Shown piece after piece: positions 26,916 to 39,387 of a stretch of DNA of 57,442 bases. Source of the DNA: Clostridia bacterium (lineage in GTDB: Bacteria; Bacillota; Clostridia; Oscillospirales; SIG627); the NCBI GenBank assembly GCA_017959745.1, contig JAGDAA010000112.1, positions 1-57,442 of the forward strand, read 5' to 3'. Each line of letters begins with the position of its first letter. The stretch's first letter is position 1. The notes beneath the pieces are model-generated. The model saw only the letters and a list, made by a program, of their open reading frames with translations, ran no database searches and had not been told where the DNA came from. The position numbers and the translations under genes are program-made.

Positions 26916-27869
26916 TTATCCCCTGTCCTCGAAAACCGCTTCTTGTTCCGGATCGATCTTCTTTTCCTCATAGAAGGGGTCGATCATATGCTTTTTCAAG
27001 ACCGGCCAGGCGCCGTAAAGCTGAACGTACCACATCAGGGCGACGGTCAACAGGAAGAAGAGGGCGGCGCCCAGGGGCGGCAGAAACAGGAAGAGGATAT
27101 AATCCGCCGCGGCGACGAAAGCGGAGAGCAAGGTGAAAAGAAGATTCCGTCCGAAGCCGGCGATGGAGAGGATGTAGGCGTTTTTGATGGCTTTCGGGAT
27201 CTTGATCTCAAAGGTGACGATCTGCAGGTACAGATACGGGCGCATGGTGGCATAGAGGAACGCCAGGAAAACGGTGAGATACAGCATAACCAGCATCAGA
27301 AAGCCCCGGTTGCCAGTGAGGTAGCTTACCAGGTCGAAGGCGATCACGAACACGAAAAGCACGTCGATCAGCCCCAGGAGGATCGCCTGTTTCCAGTTTT
27401 TCTTAATGGAGCCGAAGTAGTCCTGTCCTAAATCCGTCGGCTCCCGCCGGATGAAATTCCGCAAAACGTAGGTCATAGCGGCGGTGCTGATCCCGAAGGT
27501 CAGTAGGGTCAGAAGACCCACCCACAAAAAGACGTAGGTGAAGGAGGAGGGATAATAGTTTTCCACCTGGATGCCGGTGACCCCGTACAGAGTATTCAGG
27601 GCGGGGGAGCTGTCCAGGCGCATCACTCCGGCGAGAGGTTGAAACAGGACGCTTGCGGGGTGCTGATAGGCGACCCCCGCCACGCTGGCGGTATACGCCC
27701 ACAGTCCGAACACCGGCAGATTGGTGGCGAAGAAGATCAGGTTCAACACCACGATATTCCAGAATTTATCCCCCAGAGTGACAAAAAAGCGCTTGAAGGT
27801 AAACTCTTTCGTGACGTCGCTTTTTTTGACGCCCTTGCCCGGTTTTGAATAGCTGTTGAACAGTCCCAT
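26916..27869 (-). CDS. YesL/DUF624-family integral membrane protein
   Basis: N-terminus FKRFFVTLGDKFWNIVVLNLIFFATNLPVF resembles the DUF624 signature; multiple TM segments. Confidence 0.6.
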   Translation of the reverse strand: MGLFNSYSKPGKGVKKSDVTKEFTFKRFFVTLGDKFWNIVVLNLIFFATNLPVFGLWAYTASVAGVAYQHPASVLFQPLAGVMRLDSSPALNTLYGVTGIQVENYYPSSFTYVFLWVGLLTLLTFGISTAAMTYVLRNFIRREPTDLGQDYFGSIKKNWKQAILLGLIDVLFVFVIAFDLVSYLTGNRGFLMLVMLYLTVFLAFLYATMRPYLYLQIVTFEIKIPKAIKNAYILSIAGFGRNLLFTLLSAFVAAADYILFLFLPPLGAALFFLLTVALMWYVQLYGAWPVLKKHMIDPFYEEKKIDPEQEAVFEDRG

Positions 27870-27887
27870 ATGGTATCCTTTCCCGTG

Positions 27888-28511
27888 TTACAGATGGACC
27901 CGCGCCCACACAAAGCACGCCGCCAGCAGGAGCTGACCGCCCAGGGACGCGAAGAAAAACAGGATGTAGCTGCATAAAAAGCGCAGATTGACCGCGCCGC
28001 AGAAATACTCGGTGAAAAAGAGGGAGCCGCCGAAGAGACGCTCCTCCCCCGCGGCGCATTTCTCCGTGTGGGAGGAAAAGATCCGGAGGGCGACGCAGGC
28101 GCAGAAGGCGCCGTAGGCGATGAACCACAAGGCGGAAAGCGCCAGGTACAGGGTGGTCAGGCAGAAGGCGAAAAGAGCCTTTCCCCCGGAGAGGGGCAGG
28201 AGGCTGGACAGGATGAATCCGGCGGAAAAGCCCCGGAGCGCCGCCGTGAGGATCGCCGCGGCGGGGGCATAGACTGTCACCCCCGTAAGCAGGGTGAACA
28301 GGTACAGGATCCCCTCCCAGGTCGCCAGGGGGGCAAACGCCCGGAGAAAGGGGCCTCCCCCGGGGCTGGGGACCCGGATCCCGGCGCCCGCCAGCGCCAT
28401 TTCCAGGATCCACGCCAAAAGACAGGCGGCAAGAGAAATGGCGAACCACAGGCGGTAGCGAAAGAATTTCCGGCGCGCCGGGGCGCCGATCCCGAATTTT
28501 TTACCGATCAT
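27888..28511 (-). CDS. hypothetical polytopic membrane protein
   Basis: Five or six hydrophobic segments; AGGGGGA RBS; sits 18 nt upstream of the next gene; no family recognised. Confidence 0.5.
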   Translation of the reverse strand: MIGKKFGIGAPARRKFFRYRLWFAISLAACLLAWILEMALAGAGIRVPSPGGGPFLRAFAPLATWEGILYLFTLLTGVTVYAPAAAILTAALRGFSAGFILSSLLPLSGGKALFAFCLTTLYLALSALWFIAYGAFCACVALRIFSSHTEKCAAGEERLFGGSLFFTEYFCGAVNLRFLCSYILFFFASLGGQLLLAACFVWARVHL

Positions 28512-28555
28512 ATCCCGTCCCCCTTTGTTTCAAGATATGAGGGACGGATTGGATT

Positions 28556-30718
<2,163 letters not shown>

Positions 30719-30755
30719 TCAGACATTTTCAGGGAAAAGAGAGGTTTTGCAAGTC

Positions 30756-32270
30756 GTGAGACGAAAAAACGTACTGTCTTATCTATATGAAATCGTTTCC
30801 CGAAAGCCGGACAAGGCGGCGTTCGCGGATGATGAGATCGCCCTGACTTTCCGCCAGGTGTTCGACTTGACCCGTTCCGTGGGTTCTTTTTTGCTGGATC
30901 GGGGGATCACCCGCCGCCCCGTGGCGGTTTTTATGAAAAAAAGTCCCCGGGAGATCGCCGCGTTCTTCGGCGTGATCGCCGCGGGGAGCTTCTACTTACC
31001 TCTGGATGAGGAGATGCCCGCCGGGCGGATCCAGTTGATCCTGGATAACGTGCGGGCGCCTTTGGTGATCTGTGACGAGAGCACCCTGGAAAAGGCAAAG
31101 GAATTTGACCTCCGGGGCGGGGAAGCGGTCTTGTTTTCGGAGATCGCTTGCGCGCCGGTCAATGAAAGCGCCCTTGCCAAGGCCTATGACGCCGCTTTGG
31201 ATATCGACCCCATCTATATCGTTTTCACCTCCGGTTCCACGGGTCTGCCCAAGGGCGTGGCGGCGTGCCACCGCTCGGTGATCGACTACGTGGAGGCGCT
31301 TTCCGACATCCTGGGCTTCGGGGAGGAAACGGTTTTCGGCAATCAATCGCCCCTGTATTTTGACGCCTGCCTGAAAGAGCTGTATCCCACCTTAAAGTTC
31401 GGCGCTACCACCTATCTGGTGCCGAAAAAGCTCTTTTCCATGCCGGTGAAGCTGGTGGAATTCTTGAACGAACACCGGGTCAACACCATCTGCTGGGTGG
31501 TGTCCGCCCTGACGATGATATCCGCTTTCGATACTTTCAGCGTGGTCAAGCCCGAGACGCTGAAGACCGTTGCGTTCGGGAGCGAGGTCTTTCCCTTAAA
31601 GCAGTTCCGGATCTGGCGGGAAGCTCTGCCGGACGCTTGCTTTACCAACCTTTACGGACCCACGGAGGGGACGGGTATGTGCTGTTTCTTCCGGGTGGAC
31701 CGGGCGCTGGCGGACGGGGAACCGATCCCCATCGGGCGTCCCTTCCCCAACCGGGAGATCCTGCTTCTTGATGAGGAAGGCAAGCCCGTCGCCGACGGGG
31801 AGACCGGGGAGATCTTTCTGCGGGGCAACGCGGTGACGCTGGGCTACTATAACGACCCGGAGCGCACCGCCGACGCGTTTGTGCAGAATCCGCTGCAGAA
31901 GTCCTACCCGGAGACCGTTTACCGCACCGGAGATCTGGCGTACCGGAACCAATACGGGGAGCTGGTGTACGTTTCCCGCCGGGATTATCAGATCAAGCAT
32001 ATGGGGCATCGGATCGAGCTGGGCGAGATCGAGGTGAACGTGAATATGCTCCCGGGGATCAAACTGTCCGCCGCCCTGTATGACGGGGAGCGGAAAAAGA
32101 TCGTTCTCTTTTACTTAGGGGATATGGACGAGAAGGAGCTGGGGGCGACTTTGAAGACCAAATTGCCCCGGTATATGCTGCCCGGCAGGATCGTGCGGCT
32201 GGAGAATATGCCCTTCACCCCCAACGGAAAGATCGACCGGGTTACGTTGAAAAAACGCTGTGAGGCGTAA
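30756..32270 (+). CDS. dltA: DltA-like amino acid--carrier protein ligase (adenylation enzyme)
   Basis: FTSGSTGLPKGV, LYFDACLKELYP, YGPTEGT, YRTGDLA and GKIDR motifs; ~505 aa stand-alone A domain. The start is uncertain: GTG 30756 lies 11 nt after GAGG, whereas TTG 30747 is too close to it. Confidence 0.75.
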   Translation: MRRKNVLSYLYEIVSRKPDKAAFADDEIALTFRQVFDLTRSVGSFLLDRGITRRPVAVFMKKSPREIAAFFGVIAAGSFYLPLDEEMPAGRIQLILDNVRAPLVICDESTLEKAKEFDLRGGEAVLFSEIACAPVNESALAKAYDAALDIDPIYIVFTSGSTGLPKGVAACHRSVIDYVEALSDILGFGEETVFGNQSPLYFDACLKELYPTLKFGATTYLVPKKLFSMPVKLVEFLNEHRVNTICWVVSALTMISAFDTFSVVKPETLKTVAFGSEVFPLKQFRIWREALPDACFTNLYGPTEGTGMCCFFRVDRALADGEPIPIGRPFPNREILLLDEEGKPVADGETGEIFLRGNAVTLGYYNDPERTADAFVQNPLQKSYPETVYRTGDLAYRNQYGELVYVSRRDYQIKHMGHRIELGEIEVNVNMLPGIKLSAALYDGERKKIVLFYLGDMDEKELGATLKTKLPRYMLPGRIVRLENMPFTPNGKIDRVTLKKRCEA

Positions 32271-32284
32271 GGAAGGATAGAGAT

Positions 32285-32515
32285 ATGGAAGAACTGCTCG
32301 AGATCCTTAACGGGCTCCACGATGACGTGGACTATGAAAACGAGGAACATCTCATTGATAACGGGATCCTGGATTCCCTGGATATCGTTACCCTGATCGC
32401 GGAGATCAGCGACCGGTTCGGTGTCACCATCACCGCCCGGGATATCGCGCCGGAGAATTTTAACTCCGCTTCCGCCATGGCCGCGTTGATCCGCCGCCTG
32501 GAAGAAGAGGGCTAA
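32285..32515 (+). CDS. dltC: DltC-like carrier protein
   Basis: 76 aa with a GILDSLDIVTLI phosphopantetheine-attachment serine motif. Confidence 0.8.
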   Translation: MEELLEILNGLHDDVDYENEEHLIDNGILDSLDIVTLIAEISDRFGVTITARDIAPENFNSASAMAALIRRLEEEG

Positions 32516-32524
32516 CGCGGTTTT

Positions 32525-34093
32525 ATGCTGTTCACCTCCTACCCGTTCATCGCTTTTATCGCGATCCTTTTGTTCGCGTATTATTTGGTCCCCCGTCGGG
32601 TCCAGGCGCCGCTCCTGCTGTTGGCGAGCTGCGCCTTTTACGCGTTTTCCGGGTGGGAGAATCTTTTCTTTATCGCCTTTACCGTTCTGACAGTCTGGGC
32701 GGGGGGCGTTTTGCTGGAGAAAAACCTGATCCGGCAGAAAGAGCGCCTGGCGGCGGGGGAACTCTCTCCCGAGGAAAAGAAAGCCATCCGGGAGGGGGAA
32801 AAGAAAAAACGCAAGAGATTGCTTGCCGCCGTTTTGCTTTTGAACCTTGCCGTTCTGGCGACGGTGAAATACCTGGGCTTTTTCCTGGAGAGCGTGAACG
32901 GCGTTTTCGGTACCGCCTTCGGGACGCCTTCCGACTGGATCGTGCCCATGGGCATTTCCTTCTACACCTTCCAGTCCATCGGGTACCTGGTGGACGTGTA
33001 CCGCGGTACGGTGCCCGCCCAAAGAAACCTGTGGAAACTCGCCCTGTTCGTGTCCTTTTTCCCTCAGTTGGTGCAGGGACCGATCAGTCGGTACGGTGAT
33101 CTTTCCAAAACTCTGTTCGACCCCCATCCCTTCCGCTTTGGCGTTTTGCGCCGGGGTCTTCTGCGGGTTTTGTGGGGGTACTTTAAGAAAATGGTCATTG
33201 CCGACCGCCTGGCGGTGGCGGTGATCGCTATGACCGGCGGAAAAGACCGGGGCGGCTTCGCCCTGGCGCTGTTGTTTTTATACACCATCCAGCTGTACGC
33301 GGATTTCACCGGGGGGATCGATATCACCATCGGTCTCGCCGAGGCGCTGGGCGTCACCGTGGCGGAGAACTTCCGCCGGCCATACTGCGCCGTTTCCTTA
33401 AAGGACTACTGGCGCCGGTGGCATATTTCCATGTGTTCCTGGTTCCGGGATTACCTGTTTTATCCCGTGTCCACCTCCCGCCTGATGCGCTCCCTGACCA
33501 AGGGGGCGAAAAAAGCCTTCGGGGACAAGGCGGGGCGGAAAGTGCCCCTGTACCTTTCCTCCCTGATCGTGTGGGGGACCACGGGGCTGTGGCACGGCGC
33601 CAACTGGAATTTTGTGATGTGGGGCCTTGCCAACTGGGCGGTTTTGATGATCTCCCAGGAGTGCGAGGGTCTGTATGCCGCCTTTCACAAGCGCTTCCCC
33701 AAAACAGAGGGCTTCGGGTGGCGCGTGTTCGCCGTGGGCAGGACCTTCCTGCTGGTGGCGGCGATGAATCTCTTTGATTGCTACACCACCCTGGGGGGCA
33801 CCTTCGGCGCCTTCTTTTCCATCTTTGATCCCGCCGCCTGGGCAGGCTTTGAACCGGCGGGGCTTCTCTCCCTGGGACTGTCCGGGGCGGACTTTATCCT
33901 GACGGGGATCTGCGTGGTCCTGATGTTCGGGATCTCGCTGATGGGCGCGAAGGGGGACGTGCGGGATCGCCTCGCCCGAAAGCCTTTCGCCCTGCGGCTC
34001 GTCCTGGTTGTGCTGCTGCTGTTCGTTGTGCTGATCTTCGGCGCGTACGGCAGGGGCTATGACGCGGGACAGTTCATCTACAATCGTTTTTGA
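32525..34093 (+). CDS. dltB: MBOAT-family membrane O-acyltransferase (DltB/AlgI-like)
   Basis: Polytopic. Conserved His region WRRWHISMCSWFRDYLFYP and GLWHGANWNF. Confidence 0.75.
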   Translation: MLFTSYPFIAFIAILLFAYYLVPRRVQAPLLLLASCAFYAFSGWENLFFIAFTVLTVWAGGVLLEKNLIRQKERLAAGELSPEEKKAIREGEKKKRKRLLAAVLLLNLAVLATVKYLGFFLESVNGVFGTAFGTPSDWIVPMGISFYTFQSIGYLVDVYRGTVPAQRNLWKLALFVSFFPQLVQGPISRYGDLSKTLFDPHPFRFGVLRRGLLRVLWGYFKKMVIADRLAVAVIAMTGGKDRGGFALALLFLYTIQLYADFTGGIDITIGLAEALGVTVAENFRRPYCAVSLKDYWRRWHISMCSWFRDYLFYPVSTSRLMRSLTKGAKKAFGDKAGRKVPLYLSSLIVWGTTGLWHGANWNFVMWGLANWAVLMISQECEGLYAAFHKRFPKTEGFGWRVFAVGRTFLLVAAMNLFDCYTTLGGTFGAFFSIFDPAAWAGFEPAGLLSLGLSGADFILTGICVVLMFGISLMGAKGDVRDRLARKPFALRLVLVVLLLFVVLIFGAYGRGYDAGQFIYNRF

Positions 34094-34105
34094 GGGGTGC
34101 AAAGG

Positions 34106-35146
34106 ATGAAGAGAACGAAAACGATCCTGCGCATCGTCTGCGCGTTGCTCCTTTTCGCGGGAGCCTTTCTGTTGATCCAGCGCCTTTTGACTCCCAAGTA
34201 CGTGGATGGCATCGTGGAAGGCGCCTTTGTGGCGGAGTATTACCGGGAGAAAAAGGATCACGACGTGATCTTTATCGGCGACTGCGAGGTCTATGAGAAT
34301 TTCTCCCCCGCCGTTTTGTGGCGGGACTACGGGATCAACAGCTACATCCGAGGCTCGGCGGAGCAGTATATTTTCCAGTCTTATTACCTGCTGGAGGACA
34401 CCTTCCGGTATGAAAAGCCGGACGTGGTAGTCTTCAACGTGCAATCCCTCCAGTTCGGAGAGGCGCAGAGCGAGGCGTACAACCGTATGACCCTGGAGGG
34501 TATGCGCTGGTCTCCCGCCAAGGTGGAATCCATCCTGGCTTCCATGACCGAGGGAGAGCATTTCATCGAGTACCTGTTCCCTCTGCTTCGCTACCACGAC
34601 CGCTGGTCCTCTCTGGAAAAGACGGACTTTCAATACCTCTTTCAAACCAGGACGGTGACCCACAACGGGTACTATATGCGCGTGGACGTAAAGCCCGTGG
34701 AGAGTTTGCCCGCGGTCAAGCCCCGGGGGGACTATTCTTTCAGCGACCGGGCGTGGTCCTATCTGGATAAGATCGTATCTCTTTGCCAAAAAGAGGGAGT
34801 GGAGCTTCTGCTCATCAAGGCGCCCAGCGTCTATCCCCACTGGTATGATCAGTGGGACGAGCAGGTCAAGACCTACGCCGAAAAGAAGGGTGTGCGGTAT
34901 ATCAATATGCTGGAGCACACGGAGGAGATCGGGCTGGATTACACCGCGGATACCTATGACGCCGGGCTTCATATGAACCTCTCCGGCGCGGAGAAGTGCG
35001 CGGCGTGGCTGGGGAGGATCCTGGCGGAGGACTATCACCTCGCCGACCGGCGGGGAGAGGAAGCCCTTGCCGCCGAATGGGATGAAAAACGCGCCGCTTA
35101 TGAGGCGGAGATCCAGGAACAAAAAGAAAAATACGGAATGGCATAA
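34106..35146 (+). CDS. membrane-anchored SGNH/GDSL-like protein (occupies the DltD position)
   Basis: N-terminal TM helix. Block-I-like VIFIGDCEV and block-V-like YDAGLHMNLSG. Start set at ATG 34106, 8 nt after GAGGGG. Confidence 0.6.
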   Translation: MKRTKTILRIVCALLLFAGAFLLIQRLLTPKYVDGIVEGAFVAEYYREKKDHDVIFIGDCEVYENFSPAVLWRDYGINSYIRGSAEQYIFQSYYLLEDTFRYEKPDVVVFNVQSLQFGEAQSEAYNRMTLEGMRWSPAKVESILASMTEGEHFIEYLFPLLRYHDRWSSLEKTDFQYLFQTRTVTHNGYYMRVDVKPVESLPAVKPRGDYSFSDRAWSYLDKIVSLCQKEGVELLLIKAPSVYPHWYDQWDEQVKTYAEKKGVRYINMLEHTEEIGLDYTADTYDAGLHMNLSGAEKCAAWLGRILAEDYHLADRRGEEALAAEWDEKRAAYEAEIQEQKEKYGMA

Positions 35147-35165
35147 ACCAGTTACGGAGAAACGT

Positions 35166-37001
35166 ATGTGCGGCATTTGCGGAATGTTTGAAAAAGAGGG
35201 ACGGGCGCCCGAAGAACCCGTCCTGGATCGGATGATGAAAGCCATCGCCCACCGGGGACCGGACGGTTCCCGGAAGGTGAGGCGCGGTTCCTTCGGTGTG
35301 GGCTTTACCCGGCTGAGCTTTATCGATCTTACCGGCGGTATGCAGCCCCTGACCAACGAGGACAACACCCTTCACCTGGCGGTGAACGGGGAGATCTTCA
35401 ACTATCGGGAACTGCGCCGGGATCTGGCGGCGCGGGGACATGCGTTTCGCAGTGAGACGGATGTGGAGGTCATCCTTCATCTGTATGAGGAATACGGCAC
35501 GGATTTTCTCACCCGCCTCAACGGGCAGTTTGCCATCGCCCTGTATGACGAAAAGGAGCGCCGGCTCCTTCTCGCCCGGGATCCTATGGGCATCTGCCCC
35601 CTGTTTTACACCCTTCTGGACGGGACCCTTGTTTTCGCCTCCGAAATCAAAGCCATTCTGGAATATCCCGGCGTACCCCGCCGTTTGAATCTGACCGCCG
35701 TGGATCAGCTGATGAACTTTCCCGGCATCGTGTCTCCCGTCACGTTTTTTAAGGGTATTTTTGCCCTTGCCCCCGGGCAGCTGCTGCTGGCGCGGCAGGG
35801 TGAAGTGGAAAAAAGGACCTGGTGGGACCTGTCCTTCCCGGAAGAGGAGGAGGACAAAGGAGAGGCGTATTACGCCGAGCGTCTGCGCGCCTTGCTACGG
35901 GAAGCCATCGACCGGCGTTTGATCGCGGACGTGCCCGTGGGCTTCTACGTATCCGGGGGGCTGGACAGCTCCGTGGTTGCCTGTATGATCGGCAAATACC
36001 TCTTGAACAGCGCCTATTCCTTCTCCGCGGAGATCGGCTCCGGGGAGCTGGATGAAAGCGCCTATCAGGCGATGGTGCGGGAAACCGTTCAGTCCCGGCA
36101 CTACGCCGTGAAGGTGGCGGAAGAGGAGATCTGGGAAAACTTGTCCCGGGTGATCTACCACGCGGAGAGCGCCGTGAAAGAAAGCTACGACACGGCGGCG
36201 TTTTTGCTGAGCGCCCTGGTGCAGTCCTCCCCCGCCAAAGCGGTCCTCACCGGGCAGGGATCGGATGAGCTCCTCTGCGGGTATGTGGGCTATATGCTGG
36301 ACCGCTTTCGGCTGATGCAGAAGGGTCAGATGACCCCTGAGGAGCTGGCTTTGAATGAAAAGCTCTGGGGCGATCCCTATTTCCGCTACGAACGGAACCA
36401 CCCGGAGATCCGCAAGGTCCACCGCCGCTTGTACAGCGACGCGCTGCGGGGGGAAATGGCGTCCTTTTCCGATTTGGAAAACAGTCCCATCGACACCGAC
36501 GCCGTCCGGGGCCTGCCCGCCCAGAAACGGCGTTCCTATATCGACTGCAAACTGCGTTTGGGGGATCATCTGCTCATTGAGCACGGGGATCATATGTTCT
36601 TTTCTCATTCCGTGGAGGGGCGTCATCCCTTCCTGGATCCCGAGGTGGTCCGCTTTATCACCACCATCCCGGACAAGTACAAGCTGAACGGTACCAACGA
36701 GAAATATATCTTGAAAAAGGCGGGGGAGGGCATCGTGCCGGAACCCATCTTAAAACGGCGGAAGTTTCCCTTCCAGGCGCCGGGCATGAGCGCCATGGTG
36801 AAGAAAAGCGCCCCGGGTATGGCGTTTCTGGATGAAAGCCTCATCAAAAAATACGGGATCTTTGATCCCGGCTTCATCGCGCAGATGAAACGGGATTATG
36901 CCGTGGAAGGCTTTAAGCTCATGGGGGCGTATGAGATCGACTACCTGATGATCGCCCTCACCGTGACGATGCTTTGCGAGACCTTCGGTCTCTCGGTGTA
37001 A
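35166..37001 (+). CDS. asnB: asparagine synthase (glutamine-hydrolysing)-family amidotransferase
   Basis: N-terminal MCGICG Ntn nucleophile and PP-loop VGFYVSGGLDSS. Start moved to ATG 35166. Confidence 0.9.
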   Translation: MCGICGMFEKEGRAPEEPVLDRMMKAIAHRGPDGSRKVRRGSFGVGFTRLSFIDLTGGMQPLTNEDNTLHLAVNGEIFNYRELRRDLAARGHAFRSETDVEVILHLYEEYGTDFLTRLNGQFAIALYDEKERRLLLARDPMGICPLFYTLLDGTLVFASEIKAILEYPGVPRRLNLTAVDQLMNFPGIVSPVTFFKGIFALAPGQLLLARQGEVEKRTWWDLSFPEEEEDKGEAYYAERLRALLREAIDRRLIADVPVGFYVSGGLDSSVVACMIGKYLLNSAYSFSAEIGSGELDESAYQAMVRETVQSRHYAVKVAEEEIWENLSRVIYHAESAVKESYDTAAFLLSALVQSSPAKAVLTGQGSDELLCGYVGYMLDRFRLMQKGQMTPEELALNEKLWGDPYFRYERNHPEIRKVHRRLYSDALRGEMASFSDLENSPIDTDAVRGLPAQKRRSYIDCKLRLGDHLLIEHGDHMFFSHSVEGRHPFLDPEVVRFITTIPDKYKLNGTNEKYILKKAGEGIVPEPILKRRKFPFQAPGMSAMVKKSAPGMAFLDESLIKKYGIFDPGFIAQMKRDYAVEGFKLMGAYEIDYLMIALTVTMLCETFGLSV

Positions 37002-37063
37002 CGCTTATGGAACGCAGACAATTGTCGAGACCCGTGGTGGAACTGAAGGGGAGAAGCCGGAAT

Positions 37064-38719
37064 ATGAGGCGGAAGAGACGCCGCCGGCTGCGCCCCGGGT
37101 TTGTCGCGTTTCTTTTTATTTTTTCGTTTCTCATTGTGGGGCTGACCGTTTTTCTCATTCTATACAACAGCCGGGTTTATTCCCGGGTGGAGGTGGAGGC
37201 GGGGGACGTGGTCCTCACTCCGGCGGATTTCTCCAAAAACGGAAGCGAGGTCAGCTTTGATCCCTCCTTCTCCCCGGACAGTGTGGATTTTCACACCCCG
37301 GGGGAGTACCCCGTCAAATTGAGAAGCGGCATTTTCCGCTATACCGTCTCTCTCACCGTCAAGGACACGGTGCCCCCCGTGGCGCGTGCCGTGTCGAAAA
37401 CGGTTTCCCGGGGCATAACCTGCGCGCCGGAGGACCTGGTGGACGAGATGAAGGACGAGACGAAGGTCCTGTATACCTTTGAGACGGAACCGGACTTTTC
37501 AACGCCGGGTGTGAAGAAGGTGACGGTGATCCTCACAGACCTGGGAGGCAACGTCACCCGCGTCACCGCCGATCTGACGGTGATCCCCCTGTATACCGTT
37601 CTGGAACGGGAAGCGGGGAGCGAAGCCCCGTCCCCCGCGGACTTTGTCCTGCCCGGTGAGACCGTAACGGAGCTTTCCCTCGTGGAGGAGACCGAAAGCG
37701 GGACGGTGCCGTCTCTCGCGGATCTGGTGCGCACGCCCGGGGATCATCCCATACGTTTTCTGGCGGACGGACTTGTGTGCGACTGCGTCCTCCGGGTGAA
37801 TGATACCACGCCCCCGGTCATGACCTTGCGTGACGTGACCTGCGGCGTAGGCGTGGAAGTGAAGCCGGAGCTGTTTGTCGCGGAGGTGAAGGACGCCGGA
37901 GAAGTCCTTTTCAGCGTGGAATTATCAGCGCCTTCGGATCAGCCCGGCACGCAGCGCGTGACCGTTCGGGCAAAGGACGCCGCCGGCAATGAAAGCGCCG
38001 GGGAAGCGACCCTGACCTTGATGGTGGACACCGCGGCTCCTGAAATCCACGGAGGAGAAAGCCTGTTTGCCTACGTGGGGAAGACGGTGAGCTTTCTGTC
38101 TGAGGTCCAGGTGCGGGACGATCTGGATCCCGCCCCGACCATTGAGGTGGACAGCAGCGGCGTCAACCTGAAACAGGAAGGGACCTACCCGGTTGTCTAT
38201 ATCGCTACGGACGCCGCCGGCAACCGCGCGGAAAAGCGCGTTCAGATCACCGTATTCCGGGAACAATACAGCGAGGAAGAGGTCCTGGCGACGGCGGGGA
38301 AGATTTTGGAAGGCGTTTTGAAACCGGGTATGTCGGACCGGGAAAAAGTGGACGCCATTTACTACTGGATCCGCGCGCACGTTTCCTATCGGGACAGCGA
38401 TACCATTCACGATTGGCTTCTGGCGGCGCATCAGGGACTGGTCAACCACTGGGGAGACTGTTCCGTGTTTCAGATGACCAGCCGCGCCCTGCTCACGGCG
38501 GCGGGTATTGAAAACAGACTGATCGACACGCTCCCCCTGTATGAAATGCACTGCTGGAATTTGGTGAATATAGGAGAGGGATGGTATCACTTTGATACCA
38601 CGGCGTTTTTTACGGGCAGCAATTTCTGCTACGTGGATACGGCGACGCTGCTCAACCGGTCCGGCGGGTTTATGAGCTCCCACACCTTTGACAGGGATCG
38701 ATATCCCGACGTGATGTGA
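37064..38719 (+). CDS. membrane-anchored protein with Ig-like repeats and a C-terminal transglutaminase-like cysteine protease core
   Basis: Basic N-terminus plus a TM helix, then repeated ~70-aa beta-rich modules. The Cys/His/Asp core is GDCSVFQ...HCWNLV...WYHFDTT. Start is uncertain (37007 or 37064). Confidence 0.65.
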   Translation: MRRKRRRRLRPGFVAFLFIFSFLIVGLTVFLILYNSRVYSRVEVEAGDVVLTPADFSKNGSEVSFDPSFSPDSVDFHTPGEYPVKLRSGIFRYTVSLTVKDTVPPVARAVSKTVSRGITCAPEDLVDEMKDETKVLYTFETEPDFSTPGVKKVTVILTDLGGNVTRVTADLTVIPLYTVLEREAGSEAPSPADFVLPGETVTELSLVEETESGTVPSLADLVRTPGDHPIRFLADGLVCDCVLRVNDTTPPVMTLRDVTCGVGVEVKPELFVAEVKDAGEVLFSVELSAPSDQPGTQRVTVRAKDAAGNESAGEATLTLMVDTAAPEIHGGESLFAYVGKTVSFLSEVQVRDDLDPAPTIEVDSSGVNLKQEGTYPVVYIATDAAGNRAEKRVQITVFREQYSEEEVLATAGKILEGVLKPGMSDREKVDAIYYWIRAHVSYRDSDTIHDWLLAAHQGLVNHWGDCSVFQMTSRALLTAAGIENRLIDTLPLYEMHCWNLVNIGEGWYHFDTTAFFTGSNFCYVDTATLLNRSGGFMSSHTFDRDRYPDVM

Positions 38720-38754
38720 TCCAAAGGAATAATAACGGGAAAGGACGTTTCAAA

Positions 38755-39294
38755 ATGAAAAAAATCGGATTTGTACTGTTGGCGTTGTGTTTGCTGCTGT
38801 TCGCCGCGTCCTGTCAGGGCGACGTGAAAGTGATCGAAAAAAGCGGAGAAAACGCCGCCGGGAATGATCCCGCCGGCGCCGCGGAGGGCTACGTGTTTCA
38901 GACAGGGGACCTTTCCATCGCGATCGACAGCCTGGCGGAGCCGGTGCTCCGGGCGCTGGGGGAACCGAAGGAGTATTACGAGGCGCCCAGCTGCGCGTTT
39001 GAGGGGCTGGATAAGATTTATACCTTTGAGCATTTTGAGGTGGACTGTTACCCCAGTCCGGAAGGGGACAGGATCCAGACCGTCTTTCTGATGGATGACC
39101 TGGTCGCCACCGCGGAGGGTTTGCGCATCGGGGACGACAGCGCCCGCGTGGAGGCGCTTTACGGGAAGGATTGCAGCAAAGTGGGAACGGAAAGCGTTTA
39201 CACCAAGGGTGGAATGAAGATGAAGATTATGATCGAGGACGGCCGCGTGACCTTCATCACTTACCAGTCCTGCGCCTCTGACGATTTTGAATAA
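38755..39294 (+). CDS. small lipoprotein, function unknown
   Basis: MKKIGFVLLALCLLLFAASC lipobox; GAAAGGA RBS. Confidence 0.6.
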   Translation: MKKIGFVLLALCLLLFAASCQGDVKVIEKSGENAAGNDPAGAAEGYVFQTGDLSIAIDSLAEPVLRALGEPKEYYEAPSCAFEGLDKIYTFEHFEVDCYPSPEGDRIQTVFLMDDLVATAEGLRIGDDSARVEALYGKDCSKVGTESVYTKGGMKMKIMIEDGRVTFITYQSCASDDFE

Positions 39295-39318
39295 AAGCCC
39301 GACGGCAATTCATAAAAC

Positions 39319-39365
39319 AGAAGACCCGCTCCGGATCACTGATCCGGAGCGGGTCTTCTGTTTGT
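39319..39365. terminator. bidirectional rho-independent terminator
   Basis: AGAAGACCCGCTCCGGATC-ACT-GATCCGGAGCGGGTCTTCT-GTTTG. Confidence 0.8.
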
Positions 39366-39387
39366 ATCAGACGGACGGTTTTATTCG

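Noticed and set aside
33398-35368. Other long antisense or out-of-frame ORFs (e.g. 33398-35368, 975-2240, 9735-11381, 20448-21677, 55561-57180)
   Set aside because: Each overlaps a sense gene that has clear motifs. Their products are Arg/Gly/Pro/His-rich, typical of wrong-frame translation of GC-rich DNA.
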